A stretch of DNA of 64,000 bases from Bugula neritina (Eukaryota > Animalia > Bryozoa), in contig OZ037769.1 of assembly GCA_964035545.1 (NCBI GenBank), positions 13,236,633 to 13,300,632 on the forward strand, read 5' to 3'. The notes under the pieces were generated by a model. The model worked only from the letters and a program-made list of their open reading frames with translations, was not told where the DNA came from and ran no database searches. A program made the translations under genes and the position numbers. This document shows positions 13,001-28,000 of this stretch, piece by piece (the stretch's first letter is position 1; each line of letters begins with the position of its first letter).

Positions 13001-16000
13001 TTTAGCTATAATTTATAATCAAATAGGGTGAGATTTCATAAATAGGCCTAATCGGCTGGGAGGGGGGTCAGGGAGGGGAGATTTAATAGACAAAACTAAA
13101 TTGGCCCAAATCATTATCCTCCCAGACCGACTATTAGTCAATGATTTATTTCTTTGGGTGCAAACTGCATATATATGCCATAATATTCTTGCGTCCCCAT
13201 TCTGTTTTTGAGACTTATTTATATATGATTACAAAACTGCTGTTATTTTAATTAAAAAATTCCTAATGGTAGTTTAAAACCCATATTCAAAAATAAGGCA
13301 ATTATTTACGGGCATAATGAACTTACTGTGTCAAAATTTGTTCATTTAATAGTTATAAATTACTGTGGAGTTTTTGCAGACATTTAATTTAGTGAAATGG
13401 GGTATTAAATTCTGGGGTCTTGAATAGAGGCAAAAAATACTAAATATATTTGGTATAGTTAACCCAGGGCCATATTAATGACTTAAAAAATCTCCATCCC
13501 TGTGAGAAGAGTTTAAAGCAGGCTAAAGACTAAGTCTCTCACCATGCTGGTAACTGTTAGAGGGTTCTACTGTGACAAAGGAGCAATGATGACTGAATGC
13601 TCTTCCTGACATCACCAATGACTAGGTATTTAGCCTGTGGTCATACTAGGACTGTGCCCTAACCACTAGACTACTGCTGCTTTGTGATGGCTTGACTTGA
13701 ATTAAACTAATTTTTAAAAAACCTGCTTATTTGCAGAGCACCGGTGCTACAGCCTGGGACCAATTTGCACATAATATAATATAATTATTATGTAGATTTA
13801 TTCGATTGTTGTATTCATTTTTTTTGTAAATATTGGAATAGCTATACCTATGATCTTGCGTCCACCCAAACAAACCGACTTTATACACATACTGAGCCTC
13901 CAAGAGCAAAACGGCTTTACAACTTTTACAGTATTTCTAAATTTAGTAACCAGTATTTTTGAGAAAGCAGCATTTGCTTTGTTTAAGAGAGTATTAATTG
14001 GAATGGCTAATAAGCATACAAGTAGTCGGTTTACTACCAAAAATCGAGTGCGGAATCTTTTTGAAATTTCATAAACTTTTATAAAATATGACTTTGCCAA
14101 AATTTTGACACGACAGACAATTTTTAGCTGATGAATAATAGGAGGAATGGAACGCTGAATTCCAGCTTGTTGAGAGTCGGTAAAACAACGGTGTGGTAGC
14201 TCTGCTATTATCACTCTTACAGCCTTGCTACGACTCCTCGTCAACTTCATGTTGCAAGAGTTTTGCCGATGTGGAACAAAATCTAAACTTTTTATCATGC
14301 CCAAACAACTTATGCTGTGACATGTAACCACACAGGCATCTATTCGCTTCATTTTTGACAATATTAATTTATTCCATTTCCCCTTTTTCTTGGTGACACG
14401 CGAGATATGGAACAACAAGGGACATCTTTTTCCAGCATCTCATAACAACTGTCCAAATCTAACATGGCTATAAAATGTAAAGCAGACCACAAACAAAATG
14501 TTGCTGTAAATTTCCTAATGTGTAAGATGCAAAGAGGATGTTAGCTCCATGGGGAAAGGGTTAGAGACAAAAAATGGCATATTATTAGGTAGTTATTTGA
14601 CAGCCAGGCCTGCCCAACTGTCCTTTAGTGAAGAACGAATCTTCAGTGGACTCTAATCTACCAGTCATGGCTGAAGATTCATAATATGTATTCAAAAACT
14701 CCAAAATATAATCCAAGAAAGATTGGAGTGTTGCTGTATAGATTTGCAAGTAACTGCTCAAATACAGTAGCATATAATTATAGGAGTTATATGGCCAGGT
14801 GGGAGAGATCTAAAGTGTGAATTTGATTGCAATAGAAATCGACCTTGAACTACATTTTTGATTTAAGCAAAATATAGAGCAAAATAATAAAAATGATAGT
14901 CTAAATGAGAAATATTAAATATTGGAAATATAGTTTCATCTCAATAAAATCAATTAATACTGTATCTCCAATTAACTAGAGCGTAAATGTAGTCACATAT
15001 ACACTATACAACATCTACCTGCAGCTAAAAGTTACCTGCAGCTAAAAGTTACCTACGGCTAAAACAAATCAGACTAAGAATGTATACCTCACACGGCTTC
15101 TTTTTGTTCATGTGTCTATGTAGATGTGAGAGCTTGATAAAACTTTTTGAGCACCTGCAACACAAAGCTATCTTCAAACAGGTGATTAGAATGATGGCAA
15201 AATCATGGCCGCACTAAAAGGCAACAAAATTATAAAGCAATAACATACAAAGTAGGAAACATCATTACGAAACAAATCACATTTTTAAAAAGAATGGCAT
15301 ACAGATTACTGCATTAGATTGAATTTGATCGCCTAATGATGGTAGTTTTTGTCAAATATTTGTGTCAGGGAGGATCTAGTGACAGCTGTTAGGATGTTAC
15401 GGCCCTGGTTCCCAGAGGCAGGGCCAACGTAAGCTCCTGGTTCCCCTAGATGCACATACCAGAGGCTCAACACTTGATTGTGATACCATTTCAACATTTT
15501 ATTTTATAAAGAAAGAGGGGAGCAGCCGCGGTCTACGGGTTAGACTTTAGAGCATTTGCTTAGTAAACACAAAGTCCTGCATTTGAACACTGACAAAGGC
15601 CTTTGGTGATGTTAGGAAGAGTATCCAGTCATAATTGCTCCTGTGCCCCATCTTATTTAACAAAAACTTTTTCCAACAGGGGTTTCTCACAGGGATGGCG
15701 ACTATAAACTTGTGTGAGATTCTTATTTTATCAAGATATTAAAGGCCTGCTGCCTATCACGCCACTGCCTCATGATAGGCTGACCCGCTGACATTTCTTG
15801 GACCATCTCATCTGACAGCACTGGAAAAGTGAAGAAAGTGCACAAAGTAAAGCCGAATAATTTTGGCAGCAGCACTAAAACTAAACATACTTAGCTCAAG
15901 GTTGGCAGCTTTTGGCAGCGGCATACACCAGATTGTATTCACAATAGTGTGAAAATAAGCCCTCAAATGCTGCGTATAACATTATGGAGTTTTCAGTCAC

Positions 16001-19000
16001 CAGGTGAAACAAAGGTCACTGGTTTTGACTAGCTTAATATTGCCAATTCTGCAGAGAAAATTCAATGAAATAATCTTAGCATAGGGAGAAGGGGTTTAGG
16101 AGAGGTTGGGGAGAGAGGGTTAGGGGAGAGAGGGTTAGGGGAGAAGGGGTTGGGGGAAGAGGGGGTTGGCGTGCTTTGTTTAGCCCATCAGTTGCTCTGC
16201 ATGAGCCACCCTTAACCACAAAGCCCAGTATATCCTGTACGATATTCAACAAGCCTTCCCATCCCTTCAAGATTCTAGCTTATCCATTGTAAATACTAAA
16301 ATTCTTTGTGGTTTGTTGATGTCATGGCTTTTGGGTGGCATTTTTTTAGAAATTACAAATGGCTGCAATCAGTAGTTGTGCAATAGTTGATAAAGTCCAA
16401 AAACTGACCAAGAATTAATTTTCAGTTCAACAACACAACAACGCGCCATTGTTCAACACTTGGGAAAGCAGAGTATATTTGGACGAGCTGATTTTATCTG
16501 TAGTGTTGCTATTACCCAGTAGCCCCTGTGGTGTACTGGTAGCACGCTTGTTTGCAAGCCAGAGGTTTCGGGAGGTAGGTGTAGTAATGGAGAAATTGAG
16601 AAAAGCCTGTGTTATAGATTAGAAATGTAACATAAAAAGTTACCTTCTCACGATAATTTCAACCCGCACCCCAAACTGAAATGTAATAATAAAATTAAAG
16701 AACTCAGGCTATCTCAATTTCTCCACTATTGCTCCTAAATGGGTCTCGGGTTTGAATTCCAGTAGGGGAAAATATTTTATAGCATCCAAGTTCCTTGATC
16801 ACTAGAATAACTTTTTTCCTAATAAGTTGAATGCCCCAAAATAAAACAAGGTGTTGGAATCTACTAGGATAGCTACAAGTCATTGCAACTGCTGCCTGAC
16901 CTTGGACACGAGTAGACTCTAGGCAGCACCAGAGGCCTTCTAGAATGGCTGCTAATATCAGGAGTGGACAGCGAAGTTTGTTCAGGGGAGAACAATGATA
17001 AACCGGATGAGGTCGCGATGGGAGAAGAACTAGCACCAGGGGAGACAATCACCGATAAATTCGACTCTTTCCTTGGCCGACCTACAAAATGAGCTCTAAG
17101 TATGACAATATATAGTTACATATAATACTATATAATATTATACAATATTGTATAGCATTATATAATTATATACTGTTATATATATAATATTGCTTACGAT
17201 TACATAACTTTATATAATATTATATCTAGTGATATGCAATATTGCACAATATTATATAAGTATATGTGATATTATATATAATATTGTATAAATTCTATAT
17301 ACTATCATACAATATATTATGTAATCATATGATAATAGTATATAATATTACATAATCATTATATCTGACAAAACTATGACTAATACTAAAGTAAAGTAAC
17401 TATTTTTATGGACTTATTGTGATTTATAATTTCCTTGCAACATTTTTCAAAAACATCTACCCTGACAACAAAAAAGAAAAATAGTAACAAATAAATTCAA
17501 TAAAATATTAGCTTTTTCTCTGAAGGCAACCAGCAGTTTCAACACCACAACTTCAGCTGCATTGCTATAAGAAAATTACGATAAAACTCACACAAACTTG
17601 TTACTTCACATTTACAGATGAAAGAAAAGAAAGTGAAATAGTCAAGATGCCTCATCTATAGGCTCACTGTGCAAGTGGTAAACACTTTCATGGCTGGAAT
17701 ACAACACCGTGTGTTTAGACAAGACAGCTGTAGGATGAAGACACATGTATGACACCCTATCTGACACCCTGTATGACACCCTATCTGAGACCCTGTGATG
17801 ATACCCTATCTGACACCCTATGATGACACCAGCAGAGATCAGCATCTCTCTTGCTGCCAACCTAGTGAAGTTGGCGGTTCATTTACCAACCATTTACCTC
17901 TTGGTCGTTTGTAGAGGGCACTTTCGGCACTGTCTTTCTCGTCACCAGGGGGCGACGCTGGCATCAACGACTCAGCATAATTTATGGTTGGAGACGACTT
18001 TTCTAACTTCACCAGAGGTTGGGGAGAGTCTTGCTTACGTGAGCGAGCTGGGAACAACAGAAAACTCCACAATAAATCAGACTGAAGGCTGAAATAACCA
18101 ATTTTAGTCTAACTTTATTTTACAAAATTTCTGCAGGCAGTTATAATTAACACAATCAGCTGAAAGTAAACTGTGTAGGGCCAGTTAGAATCAAAACCCC
18201 ATGGCTTTAGTCAATTCTATGGTATAGTCCAAGTATTACTTATGCTTTCGTAGTGATTGCTAAGGTCATGGGGTCACAGAAACGTTGCAACTTCCTTTTC
18301 AAAAGAAAATCTTCAAATTTGACCCAAGATGAAATAGTTATATTGCAACAGCCAAAGTTAATAAAACTTATAAGCTGAGAATTGATGAAGAAAATATTGC
18401 AAAAATATCAAGCAAGCACCTTGCCATGAATGACAAGTAGAAATGCTGGGAGTTAGTACTCTGAATCGGATTTATTTTGGCAAAAAAATAGCTGCTTGAG
18501 GTAACTTTTGCCTCTAGAATTCAGATAGATGACATGAACTCATAAAATGTCAAATAAAATATTGGCATCCCACCTGCTAGCGAATTCACATCCCTTGATT
18601 TTGAAATTATTCAGCTGCGTATTTTATCAATTTATTTTTATAATCATATATACTGACTTAGTAACCAGGCCCATCCCAACTTAAACTTTGTGACAAAGCT
18701 TGTAATTACCACAAAGATCTAAATAGTTGGCTGTTCTACACACACTTATATAAAAATATAAAATTCAGAATTAATGTTCTATTTCCTTTTCTGATATCTA
18801 AAATAGATGGAGTTGTAACGTAGAGTTGAATGTCATGTTAGGGGATGACTAGGCTTAAATTTAGAAAACTTGATGAGCCAAGCACCATGACTAGCTTGAA
18901 GTGACTGTTCAAATACTGCGGAATATGAAAATATAACATTATGTCAAAGTTGAGGATATTTTTTTACTTTAAAATATTCAAAAGTGGAAAAGTTGTTTTG

Positions 19001-22000
19001 CAAGTTAAAAGGTGGGTCACTTGCGGTTATGTTTTAAAAAAAACTTAGTCTTGCATCATCCCAACTGTTCTTAATTATATGCAGTAGCATCTAAAAACAA
19101 GAGAAATTTTAAAAGATTAATAATAATTATCGCTATGACCTTAATTCCAAATTGGTTTGCAACCAAACCTAAAATTGTTCTGACTAAGATATAAGCCACA
19201 CATACAGTGCAATTATTTTTAACTTCGGTTAATTAGTTGGTAGAGAGAATTGTTGGCAGTGAGCCAATCTAGCCTATAAAGATTAGAGAAGAAACTAGTA
19301 TGGCAAAAACATTTAATATACAGCCGAATAAAAAAATAATTAGTTAAAACTTTTGCTAGTTTTATTAAGTATAGGGAAAGTCATTTTGAAATGAAATTTT
19401 GTAACAAATAATTATTTCTGCAGGGAAAACTGTAAACTTTAGCCTTTTTTGACAGTTTAGAGAAGGAAAAGCTGTACTATAATAAAGAAATTAGCATGTT
19501 TGACAGATGCAGATGGGTGTGCTTGGAAAGTAGCATCACGGGAGCCATTACCTCTCTCCCGTTTCCTGTTTCGAGGCATTATGGGATAGAGACTTCGCTT
19601 GATCGGCACAGCAAAGGAAGAAGAGCTCCCCGGCCCCATAGACCGACTACTGGTAGACATATCTACAAAACAACACTCATCCAGTTCAATTATAAGGCAT
19701 TCAAAAAAATTTACCTGCAGTCAATTTTAATATTTCAAATAAAAGTTTCAACTGGAATGCACTCGCACTTTACTGAAACTCAGTGCAAATGTTATCATCA
19801 TGACTCCACTTTCAGCATTTCTGCTGGCTGGTGATGAACACTTCTGAGTCATCCGGCAGGGTTTGAGGAGCTGACTCAGCTGCCGATAGATGCTGCCATA
19901 GTCTACGCCCTATTAGATGTAGGTGCAGTAATAGAGAAATAGAGAAAAGCAGTGTTTTAGATTGAAAATGTAGAAAAAAAGTTATGTTCTCGAGAGAAAT
20001 TCAACGCACGGCCCAAACCAAGACTTTAATAGGAGATTTAAAGAACTTTGGCTATCTCAATTTCTCCATCACTGTATCTAAATGCCCCATCTACTGCTTA
20101 CAGCTCACATGATTTTCTTGTTTTATAATAATAAGCCAGTTATTTCTACCATAGCAAGTCGGTCGTAGCAATTTTCATTCGCTGCCATTTAGTACAGACA
20201 TGGAGCAGCAATATCATAAATGGAATTATCTAATCAACACTAAGGAGGCTCATTTTAGAAACTCCCAGGTCCAAGAGTGCAGACACTGTACATTGATTAG
20301 ATGACGTGGGCATTTAGTGCTATTCCTCGTGGGATAATATAGGAACCTCAACAATTACTACCTCTTAGGTCCAAAGCGTTAATGAATATTACTTTCAACT
20401 TCAAATCAAGGGTAAAACATTTCCTATGAAGGCCAGAGCTAACAAGTTTGGGCCGTGCTGCAACCACCCCTTCCCCATGAGATTAGACTAGCTGCAATTT
20501 CGTTTGATTATTAGACCTAGAAATGCAGCAACTGTTGGATTGCTTCAAGTTTCAGGTAGTCTAGACAGTGCGAGAATAATTTTTACAGGTTAGTTCTTCG
20601 GAATAGCTCTTCCAGTGTACACCTTATAAAATCTCTCAGTTTAGAACTATACAATTCAGAGTAAAAGTTGGGGTCAGTAGGCTAATACTACTTTGTGAAA
20701 ATCTGTCAAAGTGATGAATTTTATTTAGACCTTCATCTTACTTCCAGAAAACAAAAATAAACCAACAGTTTCCCACTACCCTAGTTCATCATAACAAGCC
20801 CTGATTTAGTCCACTATCAAGTAATATAATTGTATTTTTTATTTTAATATAATTACAAATTTCTTATAGACATTGTTACCAAAGTGGATACAAATAATCA
20901 AGTAAGAATTTATTCAAAAACTATGCACTCTTGAGTAGATCAAAAGGTGTGGACCACACCTATAACATAAAACAAATTCTACCCAATAACTTAATTTGTT
21001 GACAGTACTTTGGCAGATTAAACAGCCCTATACCCAGCATAATACATTACATCACAGGAGCAGCATTAGGGTAACATAGGGTAGGCCTATAGGTGTCCCA
21101 CTAAAAGTACAACTACACTATCTATCAGCTAGTAGAATGATAGCCTACTTGTCAAATTCCCACATGGACTGCCTTGTTTAGCATAAAGTTGTTCAAAAGT
21201 AGATTAGCTTGGAAGTTTCTAGATTTTGGGCAGATTTTGCTCATGTTTTAATGAGGAAGTTGATAAAAATAATTTAAATTGAATAAAATGAGTAACTTTT
21301 TGCTTTGATAAACGTAGTTGTAAACTTCGATAATGGTATTCATCCCATGCCACATTATTGTAAATCAGCACAACATCTTTTTCAAGGCAGCAACTAATTT
21401 ATTCGACTATTTCATATAAAAATTGAAATTTGAAAAAAAAACAAAATTGGAATTTGACCAGTCATAGCTGGTCATCTTTATTTGATGCTTTTGATTTATT
21501 GTTGATATTTAGGAAGAAAATAAAAACTTGAAATGAACAAAACTCCGACATAAAACATACGTGGAGATCATTTCACAACTTCCCTTAAAGTTGCCGTTTA
21601 CCAGGGTTAGTTTGGGAAATTCTATGCCGCAAAAAATGAGCCTAGTTTATCCGTGTTTTCTATAACATGAAACTATACTGAAAAACGATAAAAATATTTA
21701 AAAATAAGCATAAAATATAATATGAAGCATTATATGAAGCAGTATTATCATAGATATGCGTACCTTGGGGTTGGGAAGAGTCATTTTGAAAAGGTCTGTC
21801 ATGTGATGAGAGAGAAGGGTGTGCGACCATTTCTGGGTGCTGCGAGAAGTTATGCACCCTGTATGAGGTTTTGCACCACTGCAGCTGCTTGTGTTCCAGC
21901 CACAGATTCAGACGTTTGAAGGTTTGTTTGCAGAAGCCACACACATGAAGGTCACCCTCGTCTGCAATACACAGGTGACAATATATGGCAGGTGTCACAC

Positions 22001-25000
22001 AGTGCTCCATGGTGTCCTATAGTGTCATACATTATTCCATAATGTCACACAGTTCCCCACAGTGTCATATAGTGTCTTACAGTGCAACATAGTATCATGT
22101 AGTGTCACACAGTTCCCCACAGTGTCATATAGTGTCACACAGTGCAACATGGTGTCATGTAGTGTCGCACAGTGCTGCAGTGCATAGTGTCATGTAGTGT
22201 CACGCAGTGCAACAACGTGTCATATAGTGTCACACAATGCAACATAGTATCATGTAGTGTCATACAGTGCCATATGGTGTCATATAGTGTCACACAGTGC
22301 CCCACAGTGTCATGTAGTGTCGCACAGTGCTGCATAGTTGCATGTAGTGTCACACAGTACTCTATATAGTGTCCAAAAGTGTCACACAGTGCCCCATACA
22401 CAGTTACACTGAGTCTATAATAAGGGTTATACAGTGCCTGACATTTGGACGTTAGGTTACCCTACCGCACATGTTCTTTACAGCATTAGACAGTGGCCAC
22501 AGTCTAGGACCCAGTCTAGGACACAGTTTATGTTAAAGTAAATTAATCTAGGGCATTTACTCTTTTGGTACATATCAGTAATGTAATCTTTTGTGAAATA
22601 TAAGAGATGAAGAAAACCAGGGCAATGGCTTGAGCTTTGAAAGTTATTTTAGGAAATAGCACTGCAGTTTTATTATATTAGTATATTGCATAATTTAGTA
22701 GTAAGATTTGAATGCACTAAGGAGTTACCTACTCTATTCTATTGCGAAACCATCTATAGAAGTGTTCAATTACTACCCACTAAGAAAATGCCCTTTATCA
22801 GATTTATGTAAGCATATCTAAGCATCCATAAATTCCTTGGCAAAAGACGGTGCTAGCTTGGTTCCCATAGCATATGCTAAGCAGTGTTCCCATAGCAAAC
22901 ACAAGGGGGGAATAAATTTAACAGCCAACGAGCAGCCCATTTCCTGTATACTGAAGGTGATCGGCCAGGTGATACCCCACCAGCCAGTTATGATAGACTC
23001 AGAAACTTAGAGCTAGAAAGAGAAGTAGTGGCTGGCCAGGGAACAGGCCTAAACACAGGCGGTTAGATATAGGATGATTCAGAATTCTTTAATTGATTGA
23101 ATTTTATTAATGTTTACTGAAAACTAACCTGTTTCAGGTCAGAATTCTTATGTCAAATGTTTTTTATTTACTTGTTTGTTGGGAGATGATGAATAGCATA
23201 AAATATACCCTATAACTATGGTATTGGCCAGCCAACTCGGGAACATTCTAGAATGTCTGCTCAGACTACTAAAGCCAATTTTATAACTCCGAATTCAATT
23301 AGCTGCTCCCAGCCCTAGCCTTTCAATGCACTCAACTGCAGATGAAAACTTGCAATGAGAGGAGTTTTAAGGCAGTGAGGCTAATATTTATATTAGCTAT
23401 TCAAATGTTAGCCTCAGTTCGTTCTCTGACATTTAAATTAATAGTATTTTACTGTCTAGCACGTTTATTGTAAAGACTTATGTAATCACGCAGAAGGTAT
23501 GCATGCTTGAATTGTTAGAAGGCATTGATTAAAGGCCCTTTATTACATACAAGTCTTTATAGCAATACAACATTGATTTTTAGGCCTCAATCAAAATATA
23601 AATCCATTGGGATCCTGTATCAGACTAGAGATATAAGTGACCCATAAACTTGAACCCTATGCTTTATCATCACCTACAACTCGTTAAGGAAAAGGAACTT
23701 GATGATGGAAAAGGGCACGGAATGTCAATAATTTTATTTAGCTTCTAGGCAGGCTGACCAAAAACCAACACTTAACGGGTAATAAGCATACAGACCCGAA
23801 TTAGTTGAACACAGGGAACAAGGCTAATTTGTTAGATAATGGCTAATAGAGTTGCGGTGGTACTGCACAACCCCAAAAACAGGGCAGCCCCTTAGGTGAT
23901 GGTCGAATAAGAAACAATGACTACCCACTTCCTTCTCAAGTGACAACAAAACCCAGCCTTTGTTTAGTCCTAACATTGTTACTAACAGGGCTTTAGATTA
24001 TGCAGGTTGGGAGATGAGCCAATGGGGCTGTAGATCAGATTGTGTACTGTATCAAAGGCCAACTAATTACTTATGCATACATTTCAATTGGGGAAGCAAA
24101 TATCTAAACAGCCCCATGCAAGTGAAATGATGAGAATAAATTGTGGGAGAGTTAATTAAAAACAAATAAGGGATGGTAGTTGGATGGTAGCTGGGAGAGA
24201 GCTGTATTTAGGTGAGAGACTATTCAGCTACGACAATAACAACAAAACCGCCACTGGGCTTCAAACAGCTTTAAATGGCGGTCGTATCAACCAGAAAACC
24301 AGCTATGCTAAGCTGACCAATTAAACAACTGACCATGATTCAAGGCAAAGCGTACTGCACACAGAGCCAGGAGCCAATAATACGAGTTGTGCAGTGGGAA
24401 TTAATAGCTGCAGGCTGCATTAGCTGGGCAGATACGTGCAGATGATTAGGGTATTGAATAGCGTGCAGCTAGCTATTGAAGGCCCACACGAGGGTATATA
24501 ACTTTCAACTATTACACAACAGTACAGTAATGATAGCTGCCAATAGCATATTCCTCCTTCTAGTTACGTCTAACTAGTTCGTATGCAGCAGACTAGCTAG
24601 TCGAGAAAAAATGTCACGAAATGACCTAAAGTCAAAAATGTTGAACTTCTGCAAATTAAATGATGACTAAAGGCAACTTGAATTCGATAGCTTTTCAGTA
24701 ACACAATTCTGTTGCTATATTCAGTGTGTAAACCCTTGGAATTAGAGACGAAATATTTCACAACAAATTTTATATTTTAACAAATGGGGGACCAGGAACA
24801 TAGTGTGTTAAGTTGTTAGACAGTCAGTAGACATGAGCCATGTCTAAACAACCCAAGGGTTTATCACAAAGTCAAACTTTATAGCCTGTGTAAAGAAGGC
24901 ATAATAATACTAAATTTTCTTGAATCAAACTTGAAATAGACAAGTTTTCCAATACAAGGGAGCACTTTTCAAGACTCATTTATCAGATATTAAGAGTTTT

Positions 25001-28000
25001 GCATCCAAATGTTTGAGAAACTCAATATTTTTGAAACCTGATGGAGTTTATATTTCTCAAATATATTATGTATTAAATAAATTTCCAATAGCACCGAGAA
25101 AGATGCTTTTTTACAACTCCGTAAGCTTTTCTACTATAATGAGGGGCCTGTGTGAGTCACCCCCAACAACCAGTGTGGGATCTGTAGCACAGGATCTCTA
25201 CTAAATACTAAGTAATGAATGTAAGGGCTGGCCGTGTAATACATTCAGACTATGTCTAACAATAGGTCAAGGAACCCAGTCACAATCACAGAGTGAATAC
25301 TTAATGCTCCAAGAAATGGGCTGCTTAGCTCTAACGTGTAATTGTGCAACACATACCTCATGTCTACGTCTAGCAGGTAAAACAGGTGTGTGCAGGTAAA
25401 TATAATAGCATTGGATATATTAGTTATCCAAGCAGCCTTACATAATTAGCCATAAACAGAGCAACGCCTAAACTGGGCTTTGATTTGGATTGACATTTTT
25501 AAAAGCAATTTGCAATGGCTGCAGAAATTATACAGTTGGTGTTTTTGGCCCCAGGCATAGTACAATTTTCACTTCTTGAATTTTGTAGAAAACTTCAACT
25601 ATTTAGACAATGTTAGTGTGGAAAAGATAGCCTAAGGACCACAGAAGCCTTTAACCCTTCTCACGAAATACGTAGATGAAGAGATAATTATTGAAATACT
25701 AACTATTACAATGAAGCCTAGGGCTCATATTCCCAATAGCTGTTATCTAACACAGTGTTATGTAAGACCGATATTGAATCTGATTACTCATGGATATCAT
25801 GCTAATAGTTTTAGGATGAAAGAGCTAGAAATAATGGCCTAGTTGTACTTAGTAATAAAACTAGGTGGAGTACCCAAGATTCCTAGAATATACAAACTAG
25901 TTTATCTACGATAGCGTGTACCAGCATAACGCTGGGCCTATCTCGAAGCTGGGCCCATGAGCTGTGAGTATAGAGAACACTGCGTAGCTACACTGCTGTA
26001 TTTAACGACCGAATTACACCATCGAAACTAGACTGATATATGTCTGCATGCTTGACTGAAAAAAGGTTTATTTGATAAAGTGCATGAGGTCATATATAAT
26101 ATATGTCAGCAAAGTATAATGTGAATCAAATATTTCAAAAGGTTTATAGCTTGGAAAGTGTTGCAAATTAGTAATATATTAGAAGTATTTTAAAAAGGCA
26201 GGTTTAAAGGTAACCTTCACTAGAATTCCATCTGCTTTACAGTAATCAATAAATAATATGAGAAAAGCATAGATATTTACTATAATATAAGTTTTATGCA
26301 GTTAGTTTAAAAGCCATGGTGTGCTCCCCAAGAGAAAGGCTTCAATTCCAAACGAAACACTGGGTGACACAAACTAAGGGTGATATTTCTCTCCCCTAGC
26401 CTATGATGCAATAGAGGAAACCAACAGGGGCTCTGATGGGAAAGGACAGAAAGGAGAGAGAGGTTTCAAGGAGTAAGATAATGACTGAACTAGTTAAAGG
26501 CCGTACTAACTCATAGCGTTATCATAATTTCAGGAAGTCCAATATGTGTGCCAACAAACATATAAATTATAATAATTATGACATAACGATTGGTGATATG
26601 AATCCTGGTCCACCTCTTATTTCTGAGAAATAATAGCCCAGCACCTGTGATGTGATGGGAAGAAGAGCCACCTGTCCCTTCATACCTAACAGGTTCGTAA
26701 AACACATTAACCGTGTGGGGGTGGAGAGAAAAACCGGAATAATGTTCGAGTTGGGAGGGGCACCAAACCACCCCATCTCAGCAATCAAAACCTAAACAAT
26801 CTGGACTAAACTATGACTCATGAAGACAGAATTTCTTTCCCAGATAGGCAGCAGCTGATGCCCATATCTCAACTCCCGGCAGCCAATTTGATTTCTCACT
26901 AAATTTGCCCTAGTTACACAGAGATTGATTAAATTAAGAGTTCTAACAATGGGAATAGGGAGTTAATTCACAAAGTGGGCAGAAAAATAATAGAATCAGC
27001 TAAATCTAAGGAAAAACTTAAAGTTCACTGCAATAGCAACGCTATATTATATATACATAAATTAATACACGTATACCACAGGTCTATGAGTGTGAGAATC
27101 AACTTACAAGTATAATGCTTTATTAGTACTATATAATTTGCATATACACATTTTCAATAATTTAAAAAAAATCTTTAAAATATTCTTTTAGTAAATTGTT
27201 TTTGAAACAGGTGATTTTTTTTCAATCCACTCCTAGGAAAAAAGTGAGACTGACAAAATTGAAGTCAGCAAATAAAGGTCAATCAGATATCAAACATGAA
27301 ACGACCTTTGACATTTGCTGACATCAGGAAATTGGCGCGAATCAATGAGACAATAGAAGAAACGTTTCGGCATTCCCAAAAAAGGTCAGAATTTAAGACA
27401 GCTATTTTCTTTTGTCAAGAAATCATGTCTGGAGAATACACTATGAAATATTTTGTACAAATATGGTGCAAATTGACATGAACATCAAATAGCTAGCTTC
27501 ATCACTGCTCAATTTATTAAGACTGCGAAACGAGAAGAAGTTTCTTATTAGAATAAACATTACATCCAATCAAAAACCAAAGAAAGCCAAAGTCTGAAGA
27601 TAAAATTATGAATACTAAATTATCCGACTGAAATATCCTCAAGTTTGTTATTTCTCCAGTTATTTCAAGACATTCCGCATTTATGTAAACTAAATTAGAC
27701 ACCTACAGCTAAAAGAAACTGCAAGAGTAAAAACAAATATTATTAAGGATGAAAGGACCTGGAAAGTTGCATATTTTATTAACCTCTGCGCCAAGTACAA
27801 AGGCGAATAGCCGTGTAAAAATGGCCTGTAAAGTTGCTCTTCCTTCAAGTGTAATGTATGCAGGCTTGGCAGGTAAATGGAAAGGTGCAGACAGAAAGGT
27901 GTGTTTGACAGGCTGATAGTTATGTAACAGGAAAAGCAACAGTTAATAGTCTGTGTAAAAGACTGTTTTGGGCAACATTACAGATGATAAATCTCGTTGA

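Noticed and set aside
16110-16142. GGGTTAGGGG as an interstitial telomeric repeat
   Set aside because: Only two isolated TTAGGG matches inside a 15-bp G-rich unit, not a telomeric array.
19770-19910. GC-richer exon-like patch in the zinc-finger gene
   Set aside because: The phase-1 frame needed to join the upstream exon hits a stop, the flanking exons join without it, and its acceptor abuts a MITE; unresolved without RNA data.
22135-22401. Cys/His-rich ORFs resembling metal-binding proteins
   Set aside because: Translation of the 31-bp minisatellite.
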